From Actinomycetota bacterium (GTDB lineage Bacteria > Actinomycetota > Actinomycetes > Actinomycetales > Microbacteriaceae): a stretch of DNA of 64,000 bases. Shown here piece by piece: positions 45,751 through 55,755 of this stretch. Numbering within the stretch: the first letter of the stretch is position 1; each line of letters begins with the position of its first letter. Under the pieces are notes generated by a model that did no database searches, was not told the DNA's origin, and was given only the letters and a program-made list of their open reading frames with translations. The stretch covers positions 35,778 to 99,777 of the forward strand of contig JBEGPG010000074.1 of the NCBI GenBank assembly GCA_041181585.1, given 5' to 3'. Position numbers and translations under genes: made by a program.

Positions 45751-46337
45751 TTCTTTTCGACCAGCTGTTCAATAACCGTCTTTGCTACATCGCGCATCGT
45801 TAGGCGACGATCCATCGAGGCTTTCTGAATCCATCTAAAAGCCTCAGGCTCATCGGGAACTAACTTGCGAGCCAGGAGCAGACCTTTGGCGCGTTCGACA
45901 AGCTTTCTAGTCTCAAGACGATCTGCCAAATCGGCAACCTCAGACTCGAGTGCACGCAACTCACTGTTGCGGTGCAACGCTATTTCGATGGCCGGCAGTA
46001 AGTCATTCGGATTAAACGGCTTCAGAACATAAGCCATAGCGCCTACCTCGGCAGCCTGCTCGAAGAGTTCTTTTTGAGCGAATGCGGTAAGCAAGACAAC
46101 TGGGATCTTGATTTCAGCGAGGTGCTTGGCAGCGGTGATGCCGTCCATGCGTGGCATTTTGATGTCCATCACAACAAGGTCTGGCTTGAGATCGGTCGCC
46201 AGATCGACCGCTTCCTGTCCGTCTCCAGCCTCACCAACCACATCGAAACCCGAATCTCGCAAGGTCTCAACAATATCCATACGGATTAGTGCCTCGTCTT
46301 CTGCGACAAGTACTCTGCGGTTCACGGTTTCAGTCAT
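45747..46337 (-). CDS. pdtaR: ANTAR-domain response regulator (PdtaR-like)
   Basis: Receiver domain VAEDE, MDIKMP, LTAF, KPF, plus ANTAR domain RKLVERAKGLL..EPEAFRWIQKASMDRR; start ATG at 46337. Confidence 0.9.
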   Translation of the reverse strand: MTETVNRRVLVAEDEALIRMDIVETLRDSGFDVVGEAGDGQEAVDLATDLKPDLVVMDIKMPRMDGITAAKHLAEIKIPVVLLTAFAQKELFEQAAEVGAMAYVLKPFNPNDLLPAIEIALHRNSELRALESEVADLADRLETRKLVERAKGLLLARKLVPDEPEAFRWIQKASMDRRLTMRDVAKTVIEQLVEKN

Positions 46338-46385
46338 GCAAACAAGATTAGTCGAATGGCTTGGTATCATTGAAAAGTTGTGTTG

Positions 46386-46466
46386 GCCGGGATGGCGAAA
46401 TGGCAGACGCGGAGCACTCAAAATGCTTTGTCGAAAGACGTGTGGGTTCAAGTCCCACTCTCGGCA
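46386..46466 (+). tRNA. tRNA-Leu(CAA)
   Basis: Acceptor stem GCCGGGA/TCTCGGC, D-arm GGCGAAATGGCAGACGC, anticodon arm GAGCA-CTCAAAA-TGCTT, long variable arm, T-loop GGTTCAAGTCC; 3' CCA is not encoded. Confidence 0.95.
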
Positions 46467-46470
46467 CAAT

Positions 46471-46509
46471 AAAAAAGGTCGGAACCTCGTATAGAAGTTC
46501 CGACCTTTT
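46471..46509. terminator. bidirectional terminator between tRNA-Leu and pyk
   Basis: AAAAAAGGTCGGAAC...GTTCCGACCTTTT. Confidence 0.88.
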
Positions 46510-46519
46510 CTACTAGATG

Positions 46520-47941
46520 CTAGTTGTGAGTAGGGTCACCGATTCGGTGTACACGAAGCGAGTTCGTGGACCCTGGTACGCCTGGAGGAGTTCCAGCGAC
46601 TACAACAAGTTCATCGCCTTCTTTACCCTTACCAAGACCAACAACAACTTCCTCTACTTGCTTAATCATCTGATCGGTGTGCTTCACAGGGTCGACTAGG
46701 AAGGTCTCTGCTCCCCAAACCAGGGCGAGACGGTTACGAATTTTCTCGCTAGGCGTGAAAGCCAAGATTGGAACGCTGGAACGAAGCCGCGAGACGCGAC
46801 GTAACGAGTCGCCTGACTCGGTGAAGACACAGACATACTTCAGAGCCAATAGCTCGGCAATCTCGATAGCAGCCAGCGATACTGCGCCCGAGTGGGTGTG
46901 CGGGCGAGTACCTAGAGGTGGAATACGGTCGAGACCGTTCTCCTCGGTAGCTTCAATGATTTTGGCCATGGTGGCAACGGTCTCTACAGGGAACTCGCCA
47001 ACGCTGGTTTCACCAGAAAGCATTAGTGCATCGGCGCCATCAAGCACGGCGTTTGCAACGTCACTTGCCTCTGCTCGTGTTGGACGAGAAGCGGTGATCA
47101 TCGACTCAAGCATCTGAGTGGCAACGATTACCGGCTTTGCCCAACGACGGCATAGCTCAACGGCACGCTTTTGCACCAGTGGCACAGCCTCAAGTGGAAG
47201 TTCAACACCCAGGTCACCACGAGCAACCATAACGCCATCGAAGGCGTCGATGATTTCTTCGAGCGCCTCAACTGCCTGAGGCTTCTCAACCTTGGCGATG
47301 GTAGGAATAAAAACGCCCTCTTCGCGCATGATTTCGTGAACACGCACGATGTCAGCTGCGTTTCGCACAAACGAAAGCGCAATCATGTCAGCACCCAGCT
47401 TCAGGGCCCAGCGAAGGTCCGCCTCGTCCTTCTCCGAAAGAGCAGGAACGTTTACGGCAACGCCTGGAAGGTTAATTCCCTTGCTATTGGAGACCGTTCC
47501 AGGAACCTCGACCATAGTCGTTACGGTGCGCTCGTCAACGTGAGTAGCGCGTAGACCGACCTTACCGTCGTCGATTAGGAGCACATCGCCCGGGCGAACA
47601 TCGCCTGGGAGCCCCTTGTGAGTGGTTCCACAGATGTTTACATCACCGTCAACCTCGTCGATGGTGATCTTGAAGGTTGCACCCTTTTCCAACATGACGG
47701 GACCGTCTTTGAAGCGAGCCAAACGAATCTTCGGACCCTGAAGGTCAACCAGAACCGCAACCGCCTTGCCTGTGTCGGCAGCGACTTTACGAACATTGTT
47801 GTAAACACCCTCGTGTACATCGTATGAGCCGTGACTTAGGTTCATGCGAGCAACGTTGACACCTGCCTCAACGATTCCCTTGATCTGCTCGTAGCTAGAT
47901 GTTGCTGGGCCGAGTGTCGCGACGATTTTTGCGCGTCTCAT
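46520..47941 (-). CDS. pyk: pyruvate kinase
   Basis: KIVATLGP, RMNLSHG, DLQGPKIR, MVARGDLG, ATQMLESM, MLSGETS. Confidence 0.97.
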   Translation of the reverse strand: MRRAKIVATLGPATSSYEQIKGIVEAGVNVARMNLSHGSYDVHEGVYNNVRKVAADTGKAVAVLVDLQGPKIRLARFKDGPVMLEKGATFKITIDEVDGDVNICGTTHKGLPGDVRPGDVLLIDDGKVGLRATHVDERTVTTMVEVPGTVSNSKGINLPGVAVNVPALSEKDEADLRWALKLGADMIALSFVRNAADIVRVHEIMREEGVFIPTIAKVEKPQAVEALEEIIDAFDGVMVARGDLGVELPLEAVPLVQKRAVELCRRWAKPVIVATQMLESMITASRPTRAEASDVANAVLDGADALMLSGETSVGEFPVETVATMAKIIEATEENGLDRIPPLGTRPHTHSGAVSLAAIEIAELLALKYVCVFTESGDSLRRVSRLRSSVPILAFTPSEKIRNRLALVWGAETFLVDPVKHTDQMIKQVEEVVVGLGKGKEGDELVVVAGTPPGVPGSTNSLRVHRIGDPTHN

Positions 47942-47971
47942 TTATTCCTCTTCACTTACTTGATTTGGTTC

Positions 47972-49426
47972 TTAGATCGACAGTGGACGATCGGTCGGTT
48001 TTACAGGTCTTGGCAGAACGGTTTCACCCGTTAGATATTCATCGATTGCTGCGGCCGCTGCACGCCCTTCGGCGATAGCCCAAACAATGAGGCTCTGACC
48101 ACGGCCGGCATCGCCCGCGACAAAGACATCCTCTAGATTAGTAGCCCACTTGGAATTGCGTGCAACATTTCCGCGAGCATCAAAAGTGATTCCACTCTGC
48201 TGAACTAGTTCACTTGACTCGGCACCGGTAAATCCAAGCGCCAGGAGCACGAGATCAGCTGGGAGAATCTTTTCGGTACCAGCCTTTGGTAGACGCTTGC
48301 CGTCGATAATCTCAGTTTCGGCAACCTTTACGCCAGTGACCTTATCGCCATCACCGACGAACTCCACAGTCGAAGCGAGATACTTGCGTTCACCGAATTC
48401 CTCATGAGCGCTTGCCACCTCAAATAAGGTTGGGAAGGTCGGCCAAGGCTGATTAGCTGGACGCTCCGATGCAGGTTGTTTGCCGATGGCAAGAGTGGTC
48501 ACGCTGAGCGCGCCCTGACGAGTGGCGGTACCCAAACAGTCGGCACCAGTGTCTCCGCCGCCAAGAATGATGACGTGCTTCCCATCAGCCATAATTTGGT
48601 TGGCTACCTCAGCGCCTGAAACCACGCGGTTGGCTTGAGTTAGGTATTCCATTGCAAAGTGAACTCCTTTGAGTTCACGACCAGGCACATTTAGATCGCG
48701 AGGAATCATGGCGCCGGTCGCAATTAACACTGCATCATATCGACTTCGAAGTTCTTCCCAGGTAATGTCGGTACCGATGTTTTTACCTGGTCGGAATCGA
48801 GTGCCCTCGGCCTCCATCTGAGCGATTCGACGATCGATGTGATGCTTCTCCATCTTAAAATCAGGGATCCCATAGCGAAGCAAGCCGCCGATTTTCTCGT
48901 CACGCTCGAAGACGGCAACGGTGTGACCGGCTCGAGTTAGCTGCTGTGCTGCAGCTAGTCCAGCTGGCCCGGAACCAACTACTGCCACTGTCTTGCCCGT
49001 CAATCGTTCAGGCGCAACGGGGTGAACCAAGCCGGAATCAAAGGCTTCATCAATGATTGAAACTTCAATCTCTTTGATGGTTACCGCAGGCTGGTTGATT
49101 CCAAGTACACATGCACTTTCGCAAGGTGCTGGACAAAGACGGCCCGTGAACTCCGGGAAGTTATTGGTGCGGTGAAGTCTTTCCACAGCAGACTTGTGGT
49201 CTTCGCGCCAAACTAAGTCATTCCACTCCGGAATTAGATTCCCAAGCGGGCAACCTTGGTGGCAGAAGGGAACGCCGCAATCCATACAACGTGACGCTTG
49301 GTTAGTAACTACGCCTCGATCGCGTGATTCGTAGACTTCTTTCCAGTCTCTAATACGAATGTCGACTGGACGACGCTTTGCCGTTTCACGCTCGGTTACC
49401 TTCAGAAAACCACGTGGATCAGCCAT
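47972..49426 (-). CDS. gltD: glutamate synthase small subunit
   Basis: RCMDCGVPFC, NNFPEFTGRLCPAPCE, GSGPAG, GGGDTGADC, GQSLIVWAI. Confidence 0.96.
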   Translation of the reverse strand: MADPRGFLKVTERETAKRRPVDIRIRDWKEVYESRDRGVVTNQASRCMDCGVPFCHQGCPLGNLIPEWNDLVWREDHKSAVERLHRTNNFPEFTGRLCPAPCESACVLGINQPAVTIKEIEVSIIDEAFDSGLVHPVAPERLTGKTVAVVGSGPAGLAAAQQLTRAGHTVAVFERDEKIGGLLRYGIPDFKMEKHHIDRRIAQMEAEGTRFRPGKNIGTDITWEELRSRYDAVLIATGAMIPRDLNVPGRELKGVHFAMEYLTQANRVVSGAEVANQIMADGKHVIILGGGDTGADCLGTATRQGALSVTTLAIGKQPASERPANQPWPTFPTLFEVASAHEEFGERKYLASTVEFVGDGDKVTGVKVAETEIIDGKRLPKAGTEKILPADLVLLALGFTGAESSELVQQSGITFDARGNVARNSKWATNLEDVFVAGDAGRGQSLIVWAIAEGRAAAAAIDEYLTGETVLPRPVKPTDRPLSI

Positions 49427-52400
49427 TGGTTACCTCCAGAATCTTCTCCCAAATTTCAGGCGAATCAGGATCTTGACCGCTGTTAAGTGCGGTCTCACGG
49501 ATCGAGAGAACATTTGCGTAGTCTCTAGGAATAACCACTGTGAATTCGTTCACAGAACTCTCGAAGTTTGCAAGAAGTTCTGCCGCTAGTAATGAGCCCG
49601 TTTCACGCGAGTGGGACTCCAGTAAGGCCTGGATTCGTGAAGTGTGTACCTCATCTGGTTTCTGTAGCTGCAGCTCCCCTGTCGCCAACGCCTCATAGTT
49701 AACGCGGTCCGCTCTCAACTTATAGATGTAGGCAACACCTCCGGACATACCAGCTCCGAGGTTGCGGCCCGTGCGACCCAGAATCAAAGCGGTTCCACCG
49801 GTCATGTACTCAAGTGCGTGATCTCCAACACCTTCGCAAACCGCAGTAGCTCCAGAGTTTCGCACAAGGAAACGCTCACCAACAATTCCACGGAGGTAAA
49901 TTTCGCCAGAGGTCGCGCCATAACCGATAACGTTTCCGGCGATGATGTTTTGATCAGCAGGGAAACTTGCAGTTTCGGCTGGTCGCACAACGATCTTTCC
50001 ACCCGAGAGACCCTTGCCCACGTAATCATTAGAATCACCAAACAGTTCTAGGCGAACACCACGAGGTACAAATGCACCAAACGACTGCCCAGCCGAACCC
50101 GTTAGCTTCACCTTAAGAGTGTCTGCAGGAAGTGCCTCGGCTCCAAATCTCTTGGTAAGTTCATTTCCAAGCATGGTTCCGACTGCCTGATCGACGTTAG
50201 TGATTTCAAGATCGAGTTCAACAGGTTTGCCGGATTCCATCGTCTTTGCCGCTCCGGAAATCAGCTTGTGATCGAAGTGGTGTTCAAGTTCGTGGTCTTG
50301 CGTCGAAACATTTCGAACCTCGGCGTTCTCACCAGCAGAAGGAGCCGCAAGAATTGGACTTAGGTCTAAACCGTCTGCCTTCCAGTGCGAAATGGCTCTA
50401 TTGACATCGAGCATTTCACTATGTCCAACCGCTTCGGCAATGCTGCGGAAACCAAGTGCGGCAAGGTGCTCACGAACCTCCTGTGCCAAGAATTCGAAGA
50501 AGTTGACCACGAACTCCGGCTTGCCCGAGAAACGGGCTCGAAGAGTAGGGTTCTGAGTGGCAACACCCACAGGGCAGGTGTCGAGATGACAGACGCGCAT
50601 CAAGATGCAACCCTCAACAACCAGCGGAGCAGTGGCGAAGCCGAATTCCTCTGCACCTAGAAGTGCAGCAATTACCACGTCTCGACCGGTCTTCATCTGA
50701 CCGTCAACCTGTACCGAAACTCGCCCGCGAAGGCCGTTTGCTATCAGTGTCTGCTGAGCTTCGGCAAGCCCAAGTTCCCAAGGAGTACCCGCATGTTTCA
50801 AAGAGTTGAGCGGGCTAGCTCCGGTTCCACCATCGTGCCCACTAACCAGAATTACATCGGCCTTAGCCTTGGCAACACCGGCAGCTACGGTTCCAATTCC
50901 GACCTGGCTCACCAGTTTTACATGCACGCGGGCGGCGCGGTTGGCACGCTTAAGGTCAAAAATTAGTTGCTTGAGGTCTTCGATTGAGTAGATATCGTGG
51001 TGAGGGGGCGGCGAAATGAGCCCGACACCCGCGGTTGCATGGCGTGTACGTGCAACCCACGGATAAACCTTATTCGGTGGAAGTTGACCACCTTCACCAG
51101 GCTTGGCACCCTGCGCCATCTTGATTTGAATGTCATCGGCGTGAGTGAGGTACATGGAGGTAACTCCAAAACGACCGGAAGCCACCTGCTTGATGGCGCT
51201 GCGACGCTCCGGATCCAACAGACGCTCTAAGTCTTCGCCTCCCTCACCAGTATTCGACTTGGCGCCAAGTTGGTTCATAGCAATTGCAAGCGTCTCGTGG
51301 GCCTCCTGCGAGATTGAGCCGTAACTCATGGCTCCGGTTGAGAATCGCTTAACAATCGACGAGATCGGTTCCACTTCGTCAATAGGTAAGGCGGGACGCA
51401 CACCCTCACGCAGAGTGAACAATCCGCGTAGCGTCATCAGGCGCTCGGCTTGGTCATCGACCAAACTTGTGTATTCACGGAAAATGTCGTAGCGCTTCTC
51501 ACGGGTGGCGTGTTGAAGCTTAAAGACTGTCTCAGGGCTGAAAAGGTGTGGAGCACCATCACGACGCCACTGGAACTCGCCACCGGTCTCTAGAGCGGCG
51601 TGCGCATTTGCAGCTTTTTCAAGTGGGTAAGCAGCGCGGTGTCTAGCGGCAATCTCGGTATGGATAACTTCAATTCCAATCCCGCCCAATTGGCTAACCG
51701 TACCGGTGAAGTAAGTATCTACAAATTCCTGGGATAGACCAATAGCTTCGAAACACTGAGCTCCAGCGTAGCTGGAAACTGTCGAGATACCCATCTTCGA
51801 CATGATCTTCAGGACACCCTTACCAAGAGCCTTCAAGGTGTTGTAAATTGCCTTTTCCACAGTGAGGCCCGCTAGGTAACCGGTCTTTACGAGTTGCTCA
51901 ACAGTCTCCATAGCTAGATATGGGTTCACCGCAGCGGCACCATAACCAATCAGAGCGGCAACATGGTGGACTTCACGTACATCTCCGGCCTCGACTACCA
52001 AACCAACTCTTGGTCGGTTGCCAGTACGAATGAGGTGATGATGAACTGCACTGGTTAACAGCAATGAAGGAATCGGAGCGACATCGTGGTTGCTATCGCG
52101 GTCACTCAAAATGATGTACTTGGCGCCATCCTGAACTGCAGCCGAAACCTCATCGAAAATCTCTCTAATGCGAGAAGCCAGGGCCTCTTCTCCACCCTCG
52201 ACACGGTACAGACCGCGTACGGTGAAGCTCCAGCCGAGTTCAGGCTTCTCATCAATGTGCTTGATCTTTGCTAGTTCGTCATTAGTAAGCACAGGGAAAT
52301 CTAGGATGACCTGGCGGGCATGCTCCGGAGTGGCACTGAGCAGATTCAGTTCCGGACCAATACCGGTTGATAGCGAGGTTACGACCTCTTCACGGATCGA

Positions 52401-53972
52401 ATCCAGTGGTGGATTAGTGACCTGCGCAAACTGCTGAACAAAGTAGTCAAAAAGTAAACGTGGGCGATCGGAAATCGCAGCAATCGGGGTGTCCGAACCC
52501 ATCGCACCAATCGGTTCGATTCCATTCTTGGCCATCGGTGCAAGCATGATCTTGAGCTCTTCATCAGTGTAGCCAAAGGTACGTTGACGACGATTCACCG
52601 ACGCAGCGGTGTGAGCAATGTGTTCGCGCTCTGGTAGTTCGCTGAGGTTGATGCGGTTTTCGTCCAACCAACTGCCCCATGGTTCAAGGGCAGCAATCTC
52701 TGCCTTGATCTCGTCGTCGTCGATGAGTCGCCCACCGACAGTGTCGACCAGGAACATCTTGCCTGGCTGTAATCTGCCTTTTCGTACGACCTTGGCAGGA
52801 TCGACATCGGCTACTCCGGTTTCAGATGCGAGGACGACGAGGCCATCCTCAGTGACAAGGTATCGCCCCGGACGAAGACCGTTACGGTCCAACGTTGCGC
52901 CGACCAGCGAACCGTCGGTGAAAATAACAGCAGCTGGACCATCCCAAGGCTCAATCAACATGCTGTGATATTCATAGAAGCTCTTACGAGCCGCATCGAT
53001 GTCGGTCTGCTTCTCCCAGGCCTCTGGAATCATCATCATCATCGCGTGAGGCAACGAACGACCAGACATGTACAGAAGTTCCACAACCTCATCAAACGAA
53101 GCAGAGTCGCTTCCGTCTGGTGTAATGATCGGGAAAAGATCCTTCAGTTCTCCCAGAACCTCAGACTGCAACTGCGATTGACGTGCAGCCATCCAATTTC
53201 GGTTTCCCTTGACGGTGTTGATCTCACCATTGTGGGCAATTACGCGGAATGGGTGAGCTAACGGCCACGAAGGGAAGGTATTAGTTGAGAAACGCGAGTG
53301 CACTAAGGCAAGGGTTGAAGCGAATCGGACGTCACTTAGATCCGGGAAGAATGGCTCCAACTGAAGAGTTGTGACCATACCCTTGTAAACGATTGTCTTT
53401 GAAGATAAAGAACAGTGGTAGGCGCCCAAGCTACGCTCCGAGCGCTTGCGCAGGCGGAATAGGGCGCGCTCCAATTCCATATCTTTTTGGCCGTGACTAC
53501 CGACGAAAACCTGGACGATTTGAGGCATTGCTGCGCGGGCAAGGTCTCCGAGCACGTCTGGATTAGTAGGAACTTCACGCCATCCAAGGACCGAAAGGTT
53601 CTCCGATTCGGCCAAATTGCTGAATGACGCTTTGAAAACTTCGATTGATTCGTCCTGGTGCACGAATACCAAACCAGCTGCGTATTCACCCTCTGCTGGA
53701 AGTTCAAAACCAGCAACCGCACGTAGGAACGAGTCAGGTAGCTGAGCCAAAATTCCAGCGCCATCACCAGTGCCCGCATCTGATCCAACAGCACCGCGAT
53801 GTTCGAGATTCCGAAGAGCGTTTAGAGCTGTCTCGATGATGTCATGACCAGCAGTTCCGCGCAGGGTAGCAACCATGGCGAGACCACAGGCATCGCGGTC
53901 GCGACTAGGGTCATAAAGGCCAGATGCTGCGGGTGCAGTATTGAAGCGCTTGAACGGTGACAGTTCACTCAT
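49419..53972 (-). CDS. gltB: glutamate synthase large subunit
   Basis: DACG amidotransferase start, HSRFSTNT, AHNGEINT, KMAQGAKPGEGG, CHLDTCPVG. Confidence 0.97.
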   Translation of the reverse strand: MSELSPFKRFNTAPAASGLYDPSRDRDACGLAMVATLRGTAGHDIIETALNALRNLEHRGAVGSDAGTGDGAGILAQLPDSFLRAVAGFELPAEGEYAAGLVFVHQDESIEVFKASFSNLAESENLSVLGWREVPTNPDVLGDLARAAMPQIVQVFVGSHGQKDMELERALFRLRKRSERSLGAYHCSLSSKTIVYKGMVTTLQLEPFFPDLSDVRFASTLALVHSRFSTNTFPSWPLAHPFRVIAHNGEINTVKGNRNWMAARQSQLQSEVLGELKDLFPIITPDGSDSASFDEVVELLYMSGRSLPHAMMMMIPEAWEKQTDIDAARKSFYEYHSMLIEPWDGPAAVIFTDGSLVGATLDRNGLRPGRYLVTEDGLVVLASETGVADVDPAKVVRKGRLQPGKMFLVDTVGGRLIDDDEIKAEIAALEPWGSWLDENRINLSELPEREHIAHTAASVNRRQRTFGYTDEELKIMLAPMAKNGIEPIGAMGSDTPIAAISDRPRLLFDYFVQQFAQVTNPPLDSIREEVVTSLSTGIGPELNLLSATPEHARQVILDFPVLTNDELAKIKHIDEKPELGWSFTVRGLYRVEGGEEALASRIREIFDEVSAAVQDGAKYIILSDRDSNHDVAPIPSLLLTSAVHHHLIRTGNRPRVGLVVEAGDVREVHHVAALIGYGAAAVNPYLAMETVEQLVKTGYLAGLTVEKAIYNTLKALGKGVLKIMSKMGISTVSSYAGAQCFEAIGLSQEFVDTYFTGTVSQLGGIGIEVIHTEIAARHRAAYPLEKAANAHAALETGGEFQWRRDGAPHLFSPETVFKLQHATREKRYDIFREYTSLVDDQAERLMTLRGLFTLREGVRPALPIDEVEPISSIVKRFSTGAMSYGSISQEAHETLAIAMNQLGAKSNTGEGGEDLERLLDPERRSAIKQVASGRFGVTSMYLTHADDIQIKMAQGAKPGEGGQLPPNKVYPWVARTRHATAGVGLISPPPHHDIYSIEDLKQLIFDLKRANRAARVHVKLVSQVGIGTVAAGVAKAKADVILVSGHDGGTGASPLNSLKHAGTPWELGLAEAQQTLIANGLRGRVSVQVDGQMKTGRDVVIAALLGAEEFGFATAPLVVEGCILMRVCHLDTCPVGVATQNPTLRARFSGKPEFVVNFFEFLAQEVREHLAALGFRSIAEAVGHSEMLDVNRAISHWKADGLDLSPILAAPSAGENAEVRNVSTQDHELEHHFDHKLISGAAKTMESGKPVELDLEITNVDQAVGTMLGNELTKRFGAEALPADTLKVKLTGSAGQSFGAFVPRGVRLELFGDSNDYVGKGLSGGKIVVRPAETASFPADQNIIAGNVIGYGATSGEIYLRGIVGERFLVRNSGATAVCEGVGDHALEYMTGGTALILGRTGRNLGAGMSGGVAYIYKLRADRVNYEALATGELQLQKPDEVHTSRIQALLESHSRETGSLLAAELLANFESSVNEFTVVIPRDYANVLSIRETALNSGQDPDSPEIWEKILEVTNG

Positions 53973-54050
53973 GTTGCACTCTCCAATAGGTATTGAATCG
54001 GAGGGACAACGCTGGCCCGGGGAAAAGCTGATTAGCCTAAAAAGTCTAAC

Positions 54051-54962
54051 CTACGCGACTGGTTTTTCTGTTCCAGTTTCGCTGTCCTCGGTTGGGCGAC
54101 GGCCTGGTAGATAGACATCCGGTTCGATACCAGTGTGACGTCGAGACTGGATAGCGAAGATGGCAATGCCAATTACTACACCAGCCACAGCGGACCATTG
54201 GTTAGTTCGAAGACCGAAGAATACGTCGCTAGGGTCTAGGCGAATGCTTTCCACGAAATAGCGACCGATCGAGTAAACCACCAGATAGAGCGCAAAAACC
54301 TTACCCCACTGCAGATTCCATTTCTTGGCAACATAAATAATGAGGAAGAACCCGAGAACGTCCCAAATGAACTCATACAAGAAAGTTGGGTGGAAGAGAG
54401 TTCCGGCAGGGAACTCACTAGGGAAAGCCGCGTTACCATTCTTCTCAATGAGAAGCCCCCAAGGAAGATCCGTGGCCTGCCCAAAAAGTTCCTGGTTGAA
54501 GTAGTTACCCCACCTACCAATACCCTGAGCGAGGATGATTCCCGGTGCAAGAGCGTCAAGCACAGAAACAAAGCGAACACCAGATACTCTCGCACCAACC
54601 CAAGCACCAAGGGTTCCAAATATAAGAGCGCCATAGATAGCGATTCCGCCCTCCCAAATCGAGACCATGTGCAATAGGGTCTCTTGCAGGGTTGGGTAAA
54701 CCCCAACATAGTCACCGAGGTGAGTTACGACGTGAAAAGCTCTAGCTCCAACGATTCCAAATGGGACCGCCCAGAGCACGATGTCGAGCAGGGTTCCAGA
54801 ATCTCCTCCACGCTTTTTGAACCTAGATGCACCGATGGCATAGGCCACAATGATGCCTAGTAAGATGCACAACGCGTACAGGTGAACTGTGAACGGGCCA
54901 ATACTGAGGCTGCTAATTGGAGGGTTAGGAAAGTGTGGTACTTCGGTGTAGAGCTCTAGCAT
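54051..54962 (-). CDS. lgt: prolipoprotein diacylglyceryl transferase
   Basis: IWEGGIAIYG, GRWGNYFNQELFG, HPTFLYE. Confidence 0.94.
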   Translation of the reverse strand: MLELYTEVPHFPNPPISSLSIGPFTVHLYALCILLGIIVAYAIGASRFKKRGGDSGTLLDIVLWAVPFGIVGARAFHVVTHLGDYVGVYPTLQETLLHMVSIWEGGIAIYGALIFGTLGAWVGARVSGVRFVSVLDALAPGIILAQGIGRWGNYFNQELFGQATDLPWGLLIEKNGNAAFPSEFPAGTLFHPTFLYEFIWDVLGFFLIIYVAKKWNLQWGKVFALYLVVYSIGRYFVESIRLDPSDVFFGLRTNQWSAVAGVVIGIAIFAIQSRRHTGIEPDVYLPGRRPTEDSETGTEKPVA

Positions 54963-54975
54963 TGTTCAATTCTCT

Positions 54976-55755
54976 CTAATCTTGCTGGGAAAGTTTCTTG
55001 GTTTGGGAAACTAATTCGGCAACTCCCCCGTTGGCATAGGCACGTACAAAGACTGAACCGACAATTGCTCCATCTGCATATTGGTTCACCTCGGCAACCT
55101 GTTCACGCAGGCTGATACCTATTCCAACAGCCGTATTCTGATCTACGCCAGAATTTCTAATCTTTTCAACGACGGAACGAGCCTTGGCATCAAGATCATC
55201 TCTGGCGCCGGTAATCCCCATGGTGGAAACCGTATAGACAAATCCACGCGATAGTTCTACGACCCTATCGATTCGTTCTTGCGAAGATGATGGTGTAGCA
55301 AGGAAAACTCGATCAAGACCAAGCTCGTCGGAAACTCTTAGCCATTCTCCCGCCTCGTCTACGATTAGGTCAGGCGTGATTAGTCCGGCGCCACCCGCTG
55401 CCTTCAAGTCGCGAGCGAATCTTTCGACACCATACTGGACAACAGGATTCCAGTAAGTCATTACCAAAATTGGTGTATCTACCTTGGACGTTAGTTCGGA
55501 CAACAACGGAAAAAGATCGCGCAGCCTAAACCCTGCAGTTAGCGCAATCTCGGTGGCTTCCTGAATCACCGCGCCGTCCATTACTGGGTCGCTGTATGGA
55601 ACTCCAAGTTCCAAGATGTCGATGCCGTTTTGACACATGGCGACACACGCCTCTAGCGACTCATTTATGCTCGGATAGCCAGCCGGGAAGTAGCCAATTA
55701 GTGTCTCTTTATTTGCAGCCTTATTTGCTGCGAAGACTTCGGAAACTCTAGACAC
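54976..55755 (-). CDS. trpA: tryptophan synthase alpha chain
   Basis: ELGVPYSDPVMDG..IQ, MTYWNP, STMGITG, DGAIVGS. Confidence 0.95.
   Translation of the reverse strand: MSRVSEVFAANKAANKETLIGYFPAGYPSINESLEACVAMCQNGIDILELGVPYSDPVMDGAVIQEATEIALTAGFRLRDLFPLLSELTSKVDTPILVMTYWNPVVQYGVERFARDLKAAGGAGLITPDLIVDEAGEWLRVSDELGLDRVFLATPSSSQERIDRVVELSRGFVYTVSTMGITGARDDLDAKARSVVEKIRNSGVDQNTAVGIGISLREQVAEVNQYADGAIVGSVFVRAYANGGVAELVSQTKKLSQQD

Noticed and set aside
46338-46469. N-terminal extension of the ANTAR regulator ORF (MCREWDLNPH...)
   Set aside because: It is the antisense reading of tRNA-Leu; the likely start is ATG 46337.
54010-54030. + strand CGCTGGCCCGGGGAAA resembles the start of the glnA glutamine riboswitch
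   Set aside because: It is on the wrong strand relative to gltB, and the rest of the riboswitch is absent.
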